Positions 1 to 12,915 of a stretch of 64,000 bases of DNA are shown one piece after another. The translations under genes and the position numbers were made by a program. The notes below the pieces were generated by a model. That model was not told the DNA's origin. It searched no databases and worked only from the letters and a program-made list of their open reading frames with translations. Origin of the DNA: Phoronis australis (taxonomy: Eukaryota; Animalia; Phoronida); the NCBI GenBank assembly GCA_002633005.1, contig NMRA01000670.1, positions 39,843-103,842 on the forward strand. The letters run 5' to 3'. The first letter of the stretch is position 1; every line of letters begins with the position of its first letter.

Positions 1-321
1 CAGCTCAGGTTGATCAATTTTAGTTTAATCTTGTCACCACGGTTCTAACATAACCTTCAGCTCAGGTTGATCAATTTTAGTTTAATCTTGTCACCACGGT
101 TCTAACATAACCTTCAGCTCAGGTTGATCAATTTTAGTTTAATCTTGTCACCAAGGTTCTAACATAACCTTCAGCTCAGGTTAATCAATTTTAGTTTAAT
201 CTTGTCACCAAGGTTCTAACATAACCTGCAGCTCAGGTTGATCAATTTTAGTTTAATCTTGTCACCACGGTTCTAACATAACCTGCAGCTCAGGTTGATC
301 AATTTTAGTTTAATCTTGTCA
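1..321. repeat. 57-bp tandem repeat (minisatellite), ~5.6 units, truncated by window start
   Basis: Unit CAGCTCAGGTTGATCAATTTTAGTTTAATCTTGTCACCACGGTTCTAACATAACCTT restarts at 1, 58, 115, 172, 229 and 286 with few substitutions. Confidence 0.97.
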
Positions 322-3300
322 TTTTTTTAATTCCAACTGAAATTGTTTCAAATTGTAAATCAAATATTAAATTGAGATTCCCATTTCTATTGAAACTTTC
401 TAATTGTGACTTTCTTATTCACCCATCTACAGGCAAAGACACACTACACGCTTACAAAACATTTTTGACATGCAGTTGTAATCCCAAATAAATGTACATG
501 CATAAAATGCACAATTGGTAAAGTAAAATCTTACCAATTTTGGACTAAAATAGTTGCCCTGTTTTCATTTTTCAAAGTCTTCCATCAATGTTGTGGGTGT
601 CAACAACTATGGTACAAATCTTGAACATAGAACAGCATTAATTATCTGCTACATATCTTTAGTGAAAAATAAAATCCCATATGTCTGACACATTGTCTTA
701 AATTAGTGACATCTTACAGTACACAATTTACAGCCTAAAATAGTATAGGCATAGGTATATTGAGTTGGCAACCACCTGTATAGATGCAATTATACATAAG
801 TTTAGTTCCTCAGTGAACATATATGTCTGGTTAATTTCAAGTCACATTAGTACAAAATGATTAGGGATGGCTAAATTATCTACTGAAGCAAGATGACTAC
901 ACTTAGTCACAAGTTGCATTCTACCAAATAACCTCTCATTAGGGAATACTTGATGAAATACTACTTGTCTATTTTAAGTGTACATTTCTCAAGATAGTGA
1001 GTTGGCAGAAATCCATCCAAACCAAATGTTCAGAGATTACCTGAATATAGGGGTGCAACATGTCTGTGTATATATTGGTACTTACTCCAAATAATATATA
1101 TGATTTTTGTATTTATACTTGTGTGCAACGTTAAACTAATTTTAAAAAATTGCAAAATACATTAATAAACTTTCAATAACGTGATTTTATTCCACCATTC
1201 ACTTTGTATGATGATTTGTCCCTATGGCTGTGGTTAAAGGTACTACTAAAAAGTTATATTTTTAAAAAATTTCCAATTTTGGTATCCTGGATCCCTGACA
1301 AGATATTTTTGGGCTTGGCAGGGGTAATTAGTCCATATAGTCTCTTCGAATTTTGTTAATGGTAGAACATCATGGGTGTTATTCACAGACAATAGGCTTT
1401 TTGAAATTGACATGCAAGGTCAGAGAAAGTAGCTCCATGAGAAGCCTGCTCTTAGTCACAATAATGTCCCAGTTGGACTGTGTAGGTAATCAGGGTTTAA
1501 CAAAGGGTTTATGGTTAAGCTTGAGAGGATAATTGTTTCACTACACCCTATGGATTTTGAATAGCCAAGCCCTGAATGAAGACCTCTGACCCAGAGAAAC
1601 TATCACCACCACTGCAACAACTGGACTAATTGTTTTAACACAACATTTTGGTTAAAAAGTTTTGATCAGAGCCTACATGATCAACATGTTCAGGTAGTAG
1701 TAGGAGTGTACCAAAGGTCTCCCATCAAGTATAGGTCAGGACAGTATTAGACAGTAAAGGGCTGGTTTAAAGTTTGACATATACACTACAATCAGGAGAA
1801 AGGACAAAAATACTCAAGAAAATGTGTGACAGGTTATGTTCTGCAGAAGGGAACATCTGACATCCAACACTTAACTGTTGCAAAAGCAATTTTCATTTGA
1901 GTCTCTAGTGAGCAAGACTCAGGTCGAGTTTACAAATGCAAAAGGCAATTTATTTTGATTGCAGGACTTTTTGCCTGAATCCCTAGATTATCCCAGAGCA
2001 CAGCAATGATGCAATGACAAAGAATTTTTCAAGAAGTGCTATGAAACACCAATGTCTTTAATCTCCATCCAGATCATAACTGGAGATGATGCTGAACATT
2101 ATCAACCAAGTATCCTATTGTAAACAAGCGATATAGCATGCTTCATTATGCTGATGCTTTTACCAAAAATGCATATTTGTCAACAATCATAGTGGCATCA
2201 CTGATTAAATATGGAGATTAAGAGATCAGGCACACATGTACAACTGATCCAATAGATAAATATTTAAGTCTTATAATTCAGTCCACTGACCAATAGTACA
2301 TGTATACCAAGACACGCTTTTGACAAGATACCTTCCAAAAGCTCCTAAGTTGCTAGGATGAAATTTATTGTGAACACTATGTCTATACTGCAGCTGCTCC
2401 AGAACATGAAATGCGCTTTTATACTGATCTTCGTTCCAGATTTTCATTTTTTCAACCATGACAAAGCAGACAATGCTATGATGACTGCTGAACATCAACT
2501 TTAAACACAATTGTTTGGCTAAATGAAGCTGTTAAACAGAGATTATCATCAATTAACAATTACCTTGGATTAAAGTAATACCTAGGTGTGTACTGTCAGT
2601 TATCACCTGTAATAATTACTGACCAGGTGCTGGCACTATCATAGGATCGCGGTACACGGTGAGATAAAAGTATCCAACCATACACAGCTCCATTTGAAGT
2701 AGTACTTGAGGGCAAACTATTGCTAGTTAGCTTTAAAACAAGGCAAAGTTTGTACACAACAAGAAAATGAGTGAGAGACTATGTCAAATTGACACCATGT
2801 TCGAATGGACTAATTTTGCAATTTAATTTGGTATCTTATTCCTGCAGACTAACAATAAATATAACTTTTATGATTAAATCACATTTCCACTGATCATTTA
2901 AAGTTAGAAAACTAACATAATTAGCACAAATATTATCGTTATTTTTATTCTTATAGCATAACCGTTGCACAAAAAAGTCTATTTTTTAACAAAACAGGGA
3001 CTAATTGACAACTTAATATCAAATCCTATTTTAACAGACTACCTATGGCTCACACACATAAATAAATGAAGGTATCTTATTCAAATAATATTTATGTTGG
3101 TACGAAAAAGGAATAACGGTTATAAACGATTTGTATGTGACGGAAAAACTGTTGATTATGATTATTTGAGGAATGGTATGGGCATTAAAACTATGTTCAA
3201 TATTGCAGTGTTAGAACGAAATTGCAAAAATTTCAGATAAAAAGTATTGGAGAACTTAATAAGGTTGACTGACTACTGACTGCCCAGCTTTTCCCTCTAT

Positions 3301-4085
3301 GTTAGATTGTATTTGGAAAGGTAATAGGTATATTACAGCGATTTTCAATGATATTACTCAAGTGGCAAAAGCTAAATTGAATTGGACTGCAGAATGTAAT
3401 TTGCCAAAGAAGTCTGTATCTATTACCTCATTGTGTAATAAAGGATACTAAACTTTGATGGTTACAGTTAACGATTGTTAATAGATTTATATCAACAAAT
3501 ACTTTTCTCAGAAAAATTAATTAAAGAGAAAGCGACCAATGCAGAAACACTCGCTCACATGTATCATGGGAATGTGATGTCGTGCGACATTTCTGTAATG
3601 ATTTTGAACTTTGGTATCCGGAACCCTCAGCCAAAATCTCAAGTAAGTCTGGACACTACCCTGACAGAACCCCAATCCACTGCTGCAGTTGATGGAGTGA
3701 TGGGTGTAAATACACAGCCCGCCCACAACAGTTGAGGTTCACTACAGGAACTTCCTATAGGCAGTTCAGCTCCGCCTCAAACGGAACTGAATCTGAAGAA
3801 TCGGTGATTGAACGGCTGCACAACACAATTTCTACTTAAAAATAAGAGAACTGTTCGGTTGCCGGCCAAAAATTCCAAACCAAAATACTGAACTGAACTC
3901 AATGGTTCAATTCTACAAAGTGGACTTATTGATACCCCAGACAGGAAAAACTGAATGTAACAGTTTACCTGAATACAAACTATACAGGCAGAAAATTTTA
4001 GCTTATACCCTGTAGCAAAATAGACACCATATCAGAAGATCATGTGATAATCAAGTGACACTGACGTTTGTTCAAACCTGCAAAT

Positions 4086-4097
4086 ATGAAGCTGAAG
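4086..4097 (+). CDS. Gene A coding exon 1 (MKLK), putative start
   Basis: ATG AAG CTG AAG followed by donor GTAAGG; phase 0 matches the acceptor before 4872 and gives a signal-peptide-like N-terminus MKLKGATSAVRLSTLKKLITTICLMCSSSPMSSA. Confidence 0.6.
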
Positions 4098-4319
4098 GTA
4101 AGGCTTACTGTTTAAAACATGTTGCACTATTTCAGTAATGAAACTATAATCTTGAGACATCACCTTGCACACATGCGATGGTGATTAAATTTTGCCACAG
4201 TCACAAAAACTGATTTGTGAAAAAGGAAAGTTAACACTTCTTGACCCAATAAAGATTATAATGTGGAAGGAATGGAGCTCATAGGTGTTATTTGTGGTTT
4301 TAACATCTGCGAATCTTCC

Positions 4320-4680
4320 AAGCTGCATTTTGCCCTGTTTACCTGGTTGAAAATGAAAATCGATTTAGAAATTTTACTCTGATAAATTGGTCTCACAATA
4401 TTCCTTATCGTGACAGGATTCCGTTTCTGTTACCATCAATAACAATGAAATCACCAGTGACTCAAGGTAACTCATGACAACTGAATCAGTTTATTAGGGT
4501 TGGCCTCCTAATAAACTGATTCAACAGCATGCTTGAGTCACTGGTGATTTTGATGTCATTGTAAGTAACAGAAGCAGAATCTTGTCATAGTAAGGAATAT
4601 TATGACACCAATTTTTGAGAGTAAAAGGCTTTATTCAATTTTATTTTTCTACCCAACTAAACAAGACGAAATTCACCTTT
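4320..4680. mobile_element. Foldback/palindromic MITE-like element in gene A intron 1
   Basis: Long imperfect inverted arms (AAATCACCAGTGACTCAAG / CTTGAGTCACTGGTGATTT) around a central hairpin TGAATCAGTTTATTAGG..CCTAATAAACTGATTCA; related copy at ~53810-54083. Confidence 0.75.
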
Positions 4681-4871
4681 AAGGTTTAAGCTAGCCTTTT
4701 TTACCCACTGAACACTGGCAGGTTTCAAAGTAACTTCATCAAAATTGATAATTTTTGCAATATACATTTTGTAGAATGATTATCTTGAAACTTCACAAGT
4801 CATATAAAACACTCAGAGTCCAGTTGTCAGCCAGACAAACTAATGCATCTCTTTATGATTTGTTAAAACAG

Positions 4872-5946
4872 GGTGCTACATCAGCAGTCAGGCTATCAAC
4901 CCTAAAAAAGCTCATCACCACAATCTGTCTAATGTGTTCTTCATCACCAATGTCATCTGCATCATTACTAGAGACAGTGATTAGAGGCCAAAACAAAGAG
5001 GCTAGCACACAGACGCCGTCTGAAGGGATATTTAGTAATGGACAATGTGACCCAAGGCAACAAGGATTGTGTCAAACAGCTTACGCCTCCGTTGGATGTA
5101 CATACGTGGTAACAGTAATGTGCCCATGTCTGTGTCCATCAGGCGATGCCACTACTAGCAATGTAATATTGCATGCCCATACGACTGAAGAATCAGAAGG
5201 ACTACAGTCAATCTGTCAAAATGTTATCAGAGAGCATGGCTGCACCAGTCCACTCATTTCCTATGTTTGTTCTTCCTTTTGCCAATCAACTGCTAGCCAG
5301 GATCATATAACTATGGTATCCCCTCCTAAGGACACAACACCTTTACATCACCACAGTATGACAACATTCACTGGTACACCTTTGTATGTTACTATCAACT
5401 CTTCAAAAGCAGGACAAGTTACCAAATCCCCAAGCACGCACATTGTGAAAAGAACAGCAACAGGAAAGCAGCAAGAATCTGCAACAACACCCAGTGCAAG
5501 GGACACAACAGTGGAATACCAGCATACGCAGATGACAACTGTAAAGTCATCGGTTCATTCAACAAGAGAACAGTCTACAAAGATAACACAACCACGGAAT
5601 TCACAAGAAACTACAAATACTCAGAGTACAACGCAACAAGCAACAGAAAGCCAGGAAACAACAGTGAAACCATTGGCAACTAATGCTACCACAACTGCAG
5701 AAAATTTTTTAACATCTGAAATGTTGACAACAGAGATGGGAACACATATTCAAGTAATCACTACATCACCAAAAGAAGAAATCCAAACAAGCAAAAATAC
5801 ACCAAAAACAGTGACTCCAAACCATCCCGGTGAAACATGGACGCCAATGGCCTTAGATAACGTATCTTACTTCTGGACATCACATAGCTCTCCAACAGCA
5901 GGCAATATGTCAGTGGCAAACCCATCACAAGACCTCTTAGATCAAG
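4872..5946 (+). CDS. Gene A exon 2: ectodomain with two ShK-like Cys motifs and Thr/Ser-rich mucin-like stalk
   Basis: Within the 403-aa ORF; acceptor TTAAAACAG|GGT, donor CAAG|GTAAGT (phase 1); C-x8-C-x7/8-C-x3-C motifs followed by a long TT-rich tract. Confidence 0.85.
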
Positions 5947-6236
5947 GTAAGTTTCTCTCAATGTAGTACAAGTGGTCTATGGTAACCCACATCATGATGA
6001 ACAGCCACGTGTTTTGTCATGTTCTAGGTACTGCATAAACAATTGTTTAAAACTTGCCTAGTCACTTAAGAAAATGTCCTAAAGGGAACCCCAATGCCTC
6101 TCAAGTTAACAATGTGGAGAATGCCCAACTTATAGAAAAAATGATAATAAGTATTTCAAAACTGATTATTAAATAAGTCCAAAGCCATGTGGAAACTTGA
6201 AGGTATTTGAAGGTAATTATTTTATTTTCCATATAG

Positions 6237-6318
6237 ATTTGGCCCAGATGCTGTTCTTTGCCACCTGTGTATTTCTTGTGGCTACTCTGCTGGCCTGTGG
6301 TGTCTACGTCACTATCAG
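6237..6318 (+). CDS. Gene A exon 3: transmembrane helix (DLAQMLFFATCVFLVATLLACGVYVTIR)
   Basis: Acceptor TTTTATTTTCCATATAG, donor AG|GTACAT; phase 1 in and phase 2 out fit both neighbouring exons; ~23 uncharged, mostly hydrophobic residues. Confidence 0.88.
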
Positions 6319-6610
6319 GTACATAGAATAACACCTACATCTATTCCATCAACTTCATGTAGTTGTTCCTGTAGGGCGCCAAATTCAAAAGTAGAATAGC
6401 CTATTTTTCATTTTCTACATGAAAGGTTGAAACTTGTTGTTTTACCTTCATTGTTAAAAATAATGGAATTTTGTTACCTAACAACAAAGAAAAAGTTTTT
6501 GCTGATGGTCTGGCCAATAAAAACTACTGTATGAATAGAACTGAGCAAAATTACACAATGTGAGCGAGCAACCTCATACTAAGGCTACCAAACAACAGAT
6601 GACCAAGTAA

Positions 6611-7301
6611 GAATCACAGCTGCCATAATGTCACAACATTTTATTACCTGTTATGCAGACTTTTTATAAAAAAACTAATGTGTGATATAAGGAGTCAATA
6701 GTAAAAAATCATTGTAAATTTGCTTAATATGGTTTCTATTAACAGGAAGCTGAGGCAGGCTGAGGCGTCAAACATGGAAAATACTACCGTCCTATTCAAG
6801 AACAATAGTAGCGCAAGAGACAGTGGGGAGGTACGGATAATGGCCTTTACAAACGATGTGTACAGCGACACAGTAAAGGAAGGAAGCAGGAATAAGACAT
6901 TGAAGGCAGACCAAAAGATAACGGATAATATTTATGAAGATAAGAACAGAAATAANGAATCACAGCTGCCATAATGTCACAACATTTTATTCCCTGTTAT
7001 GCAGACTTTTTATAAAAAAACTAATGTGTGATATAAGGAGTCAATAGTAAAAAATAATCGTAAATTTGCTTAATATGGTTTCTATTAACAGGAAGCTGAG
7101 GCAGGCTGAGGCGTCAAACATGGAAAATACTACCGTCCTATTCAAGAACAATAGTAGCGCAAGAGACAGTGGGGAGGTACGGATAATGGCCTTTACAAAC
7201 GATGTGTACAGCGACACAGTAAAGGAAGGAAGCAGGAATAAGACATTGAAGGCAGACCAAAAGATAACGGATAATATTTATGAAGATAAGAACAGAAATA
7301 A
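6611..7301. repeat. ~345-bp direct duplication around a single N (6956), probable haplotype/assembly overlap
   Basis: 6611-6955 matches 6957-7301 with ~3 substitutions; N lies exactly at the junction. Confidence 0.85.
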
Positions 7302-9339
7302 CAACAGGAAGCAAATGGCAAAGAGCAATGCACACAAGGTGGCATCAAATGAAAACATTCTGCATGAAAAGAAGAAAAATTTGGACTCAGAAAACATAAG
7401 CAGCTGTTACATTCAACCATACGAAAAGTGGAGTCTACAAACTACCGCACAATTTCCAGAGGCTCCATCTCATACAAAAAAGAACACCGCTTCAAAATCA
7501 GAAGATGGGACCGAGGGAAGTTCTTGTTCGGAGTCCATATACGCAAATGACAAAGAGGCAGATTGCAGTAATGAAGAACGGGTATTGAGTTATAGTGTTG
7601 AGCAATTGGAAAAACAATCAGATAAAAACTTTACATGTGTCAACAAGTTTAGGACCAGTAAGGCAACCAAAGTACCTCATCGAAACTTCAAAAAAATCCA
7701 AGAAGATGAAGAGAACAACCTAAATAAAGCAACGGATGCCGTAGGTCTTTATGATTATCCAGTCATAGACCTGCACACAACCACACCATCAGCATGTGGT
7801 GGAAAAGAGCAATGTACTACCAAGGGCAGAGGGGAAAGCAGCTCTAGTTATGCCTATGTCTACATAGGCAATGATGCCTACATGGGCACAGACCAAGACT
7901 GGTCAGAAGTGAGCAATCCACCAGTAATGTGCAGCCATACACTGAACAGTCAAGTACAGAGACAAAAGTGCTCCAACGAGTACACGTATGTTGTCCATTA
8001 TGGTAGCAGGAATCCATCTTGGCAAACGAGGCATTCACCAACTGATTCACACAAGCAAGAACACAACACTCCATTGTATTCCCAACCAACTGCCAGAGAC
8101 CAGTATGATGATGCCCAACCAAGAGCTTCACAGAGACAAGTATCTGGAGGTACTGAAGACCAACATTGCAGGCAAGTGCAGCTCCCAAAAAGAAAGCTAC
8201 ATCAGCAAACTTGGCTTCGTTCAATACTGAGAAGCTTCACAGCTAAACGGCAGAAACTGAACTTGGCAAGATTCAATAGTGACACTAACAGTCGCGCACC
8301 AACAGGTCCCACAATGACCTTGCAACATGACATCACAAAGGACAAAAGGAGAAGAAACCATGACTACTGTCACAGTAGAAGAAACCCAGCCAGGTTATCT
8401 GAAGTCTATACTACCCTGAAGAACTCTCCTGACTTGTCTGACAACAATGACTACATATACATCTACAGTGATGCCACTATCGACAAATGCGGCCAGATCA
8501 AGAACGGACCATCATGGCTGCCTCAGCAGACTTATTTACCACTGATGAGTCAAGTTGAGTGGGAAGAGTTTGTGAAAGCAGGCTATTCCTACGCAGATTT
8601 TAGAAGCAACGCTCATAGAATTAAATTACCATCACATTACATATCAATGAACAGTGAGTCTGATGGTAAAGGCAGGCCATCCACATATTTAGGTTATGAA
8701 GAGCCATGTGGTTGTCAAGGCAGCACCTGCTGTCTGGATGCAGGTTTCCATGGAAACAATATAGTTCCACAGAATTGCTACCAGGATGGAACCACCTTGA
8801 ACAGCTCCATACATTTAAGGGACAGTACCCTATCTGGATACCAAGATGCTGCCAGTCTCCCAACAGCAGCTGCAATGAGCAATGGCATTAGTAAACCCTT
8901 TGAAGACACCCATTCACCGCACAGTACTTCCATTGATGGGAACAGTGCAGCTTGGAGCTCACACTACCTCTGCGGCCATTCAAATATGAGAAATGGAAAA
9001 GCACCAAGTATGAAATGCTTTGGATATGATGATGGCAAGAGTCTAGATGCCAACCTGTCTACTAACATATGCACTTTATCAGGCTATGATGATGGCAAGA
9101 GTCTAGATGCCAACCTGTCTACTAACATATGCACTTTATCAGGCTATGATGATGGCAAGAGTCTAGATGCCAACCTGTCTACTAACATATGCACTTTATC
9201 AGGCTATGATGATGGCAAGAGTCTAAATGCCAACCTGTCTACTAACATATGTACTTTATCAGGCTATGATGATGGCAAGACTCTAGATGCCAACCTGTCT
9301 ACTAACATATGCACTTTATCAGGCTATGATGATGCCTAA
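7092..9339 (+). CDS. Gene A terminal exon: long disordered Tyr-rich cytoplasmic tail
   Basis: Within the 757-aa ORF; acceptor TTCTATTAACAG|G phase 2 gives basic stop-transfer RKLRQ; spliced CDS totals 3417 nt (1138 aa) in frame. Confidence 0.9.
9022..9336 (+). repeat. Coding 60-bp tandem repeat (5 full units plus partial) encoding GYDDGKSLDANLSTNICTLS
   Basis: Near-identical 60-nt units aligned in successive sequence lines 9001-9301. Confidence 0.97.
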
Positions 9340-10039
9340 GCATGAAAGAGGTTCATGACTAAATTTAATGACTGGTACAAAGATGAATAACAGTAATGAC
9401 CTAAAAGTTATTTATTTTCCTCTAGCATGACAATAACATGTCACATAAAACAATAGAATATACATCATTTACAAAAAAATAACAAATCACTAGTAAAAAA
9501 GTGCCGTGTTTTCCTATGGATGTAATTTAATAAACTTTATGAACATTTGGAAATTGAGATTTTTTTAACAAATTTTTGACTAACTATGTAATTTTTGGTA
9601 GCATGATCAACAGATCAATGTTACAATTTTCCAACTGAATGTTTCCCAAAAAACAGAAAACACTGTTATCTTGTCCACATTAAAATTTACATGATACGTT
9701 TGTTTTAATTTAACCACTCAGCAAACAGGAGCCAGAAACAAGACCACAATCCCAAAATAGATGGAGAAAAGTTTCACTGTATTCACCACAGAAAGAGCAT
9801 AATATTTTTAATTTTATGCAAATAATTATTGGTTGGCAATATTCTGTGAATTGAGCGGAACTGAAACCAAGGCAATCTTGTATCTTTTGTACAATTAAAG
9901 GGGAGTTTATTTACTTTTCTCCACCATGTATCAGGGTCAATAAAATTTACATTATTTATAACACAGTTTATATCTATCTCAGATGACCACTTGTTTTTAT
10001 ATTTACAAGCTGTCTGAAGTGACTATACTAAGGTGTGAT

Positions 10040-12915
10040 AAATATTTACTGCATGTGATTTATTATGCAAAATTTTATAAATATAACTTGCAAAATTATG
10101 TTGTCTTGTCTATTCTTAAGACCCTTGTAGGCTGCAAAGGTTGCACTTCTTAATCCATAGAATTCTAGTATTGGAGGTTGAAAGTTATAACTGTTACAGA
10201 GTTCTTCGTATGACACAAAAGAACCTTCAGCATTAAACAAATCACACACAAGATAGACAGATCTTGTAGAAAATAGATTTTCTATTGATTTTAATCTTTG
10301 AATTATACCACAGGGAAGAGTAAATAATATTTTCATTTTTGTCACACATTTGAAACAGGAGCACAACTACGCTTCAAACTTCCTTCCAGAACAGATTAAC
10401 AGTTCCTTCAGCTATTTTTTTAAGGAAAGCGTCTCCCATTTTAAAAAAGTTATCAACTTTACAACCCAAAACTGCCTCTACAAGGTCACGTATGGTATTT
10501 GAGGTGAATATTACAAGAACCCACGATATTTTCAAAGACTTAATAAAAAAAACTAACGTGAACCATTTTTAAACCACCATGATCCTGGTTTTGTACAATA
10601 TTATTTCAGCTAACTCTGTCATTCTTCACATTCCAAATGAAGCCAAAGAAAACTCACTCATGCCAGTGGAGGGTCTAGGGAGGGATTGAAGCAAATGACC
10701 AATCTTGGGCAATAAAAGTGTCTTAACCACGGTTATTTTACCTAAATGAGTAAGAATTCTTCTTGACCAAGAGCCCACCATTTTCTTAATTTCCAAAAGC
10801 CTGCCACTATAATTAATATCTGGCATTGTACGATAATCAGTGGAGAAATAAATTCCCCAAAACATAAAAGGTTTGTTAGTCCATAACAGGTTTTCACTGA
10901 CACAAAGTTTTTCATCAGTCTTTTTTGAACCAATCCAAACACATCTTGTTTTCTCGATATTTGGCTTCAAACCAGAAAATTTCACAAGTTGGCCAATAAA
11001 ATCCAAGATGATCTAAGAGATAATTCAGAGCCGTCCAAAATTAAACAAGTGTGGTTGGCGTACTGTATCAGTTTAAACTCAGAAACACCTATCCTGACCC
11101 CAGTGATGTCACCATCCTGTCGAATTAAATTACCCAATATATCTACACATAATAAAAAGATAAGGAGAAATGGGGTCTCCTTGACGACAGCCTCTCCCCA
11201 TTTCAAAAAACTCCATGTTGGACACAAAGACAAGATTTGTTGTAGACTTTTGACCGTGTCAGTGAATCTCGGGCCAAAGTTAAAGTATGATAATGCCTTG
11301 AGCATGAAAGACCAGGAATTTAACTGAGTCGAAAGCTTTTTAAAAATCGAACATTAAGAGGAGTTAGGGAAAGGCTTTGCAGACTAAAAATTGAGTTACA
11401 TCATACAAAATTCTTATGTTTTCCCTAATATATCTGCCTTTCATGAAAACTTGTTGGTTCTCGAGCATAAAGGGCCCGAGGACGCTTTTAAGGCGCCCTG
11501 CAATACAACCAGACAAAAGTTTGTAAGTAATATTCAATAGTGAAATTGAACGCCAATTTTTAATAAAATCTCTTGGTTTATTTTCTTTTGGTATTTCTGA
11601 GATAATACCCTGTTTTTGCGTTGTATATAATTCTCCTTTATTAATACCTTCTTCAAAAGATCGGAACAAATAATATTTAAGATCTGGCCAAAAAAACTTT
11701 AAAAACTCTACTGTAAAGCCATCCGGGCCAGGACTTTTGTTGTTTTTTAAATCTTTCATGAATTTCCTCCTAAGTGATAAAGTTTTCTTCAAGTTCGACT
11801 GGGTTAGACTGGTTCAATTTTAGGTATTCGGCAGGATGGCATCAACAAGGTCGCGGTCTTTCACAGGAGTATAAATTTTTATAAAAAGAAGTGATCTCCA
11901 AGAGGATAGCGGATTGATCCTTGATAACAGCATTATTGGAGCTTAGTACCTTAGTTACATTCTTATTCACAAAATTTCATTTTTTCTAATGCACAAAAAT
12001 ATTTTGTTGGTCTTTCGCTGTTTTCGACTCAATTAGCTCTTGATCTGACAATTACTCCATACACAAATTCTCTGAGATAATCCTAATATGCTGACTCCTT
12101 ATTTTCCAACAGAACAGCAATTTCAGGATCGTCACTCTCATTGAACCTATCTTGTAAGGACATTAACTGCTCTTCCAAGTGTTTTCCTTTTCTATTTTTT
12201 ATAGATACAATATGGAATAGTTACCATTCGAACATTTAACAACGTCTCCAAAAACAAATGATCAGATACATAAAACTGAAGTCAATTTCTTGTATTTTGT
12301 TCAAATCGTATACTAGAAGAGCATATTGTTTTTTCGTACACAAAATCATATTCTTGACAACTTTATATATTCTTTGTCTTTTAGAAGCAAGTTATTAAAT
12401 TTCTAAAACCCCGGTCCTTTTTTGAACGTAGTTAATTGTATAGTTACGACGACGTTGTTATGGTCCGATCAGTAGCCCAACTTTATTTCCACATTTTCGA
12501 TAAGCGAGATTAATTGTTGGGTAACAAGAAAATAATCTAGCCAAGCTTTTTTAAATGAATTTGTCCTGGGCCATGTAAATTTTTCACTGAGGGATGATAA
12601 GCACGCCATGGGTCGGTCAGATCAAGAGCCACCTTCATCTCCAGCATCTGGTCACGCACTTTAGGGTTATTTACGGAGATATAATTATGACAATCAAGGT
12701 GAAAACCTTGGACCAAATAAAAATCGCCACAAACAATAACAAAATCATTATAGTAACTGGCGATTTTCTGTGAAATGTCATTACAAAAATTAGAGCTATC
12801 TTTGTTTGGTCCATAAATATTCACCAACACAATACAGACAGTTATTTGCTACACGCTCTAAAATTAGGAGATTTCCTTCAGTATCCGAAGCAAAAGATAG
12901 AACTTTAAATTCAAA
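10040..12915 (-). mobile_element. Degenerate non-LTR retrotransposon (L1/Tx1-like LINE ORF2: APE endonuclease + reverse transcriptase), frameshifted and 5'-truncated
   Basis: Minus-strand fragments LVNIYGPN..VIVCGDF..LTDPWR (endonuclease), KSPGPDGF, KNWRSISLLN, QYANHT (decayed YADD), SGLKPNIEKT, GKITVVKTLLLPK. Confidence 0.93.

Noticed and set aside
1-321. CRISPR-like array
   Set aside because: Contiguous units without unique spacers; eukaryotic context
1500-2500. Possible decayed coding sequence
   Set aside because: Short coding-like stretches with stops and no motif I can identify
4755-4871. ORF-track N-terminus of the 403-aa ORF
   Set aside because: Starts at TTG and lies upstream of a good splice acceptor; likely intronic read-through
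6720-6974. Separate 84-aa paralog of the gene A tail
   Set aside because: Product of the duplication at the N junction, probably an assembly artefact
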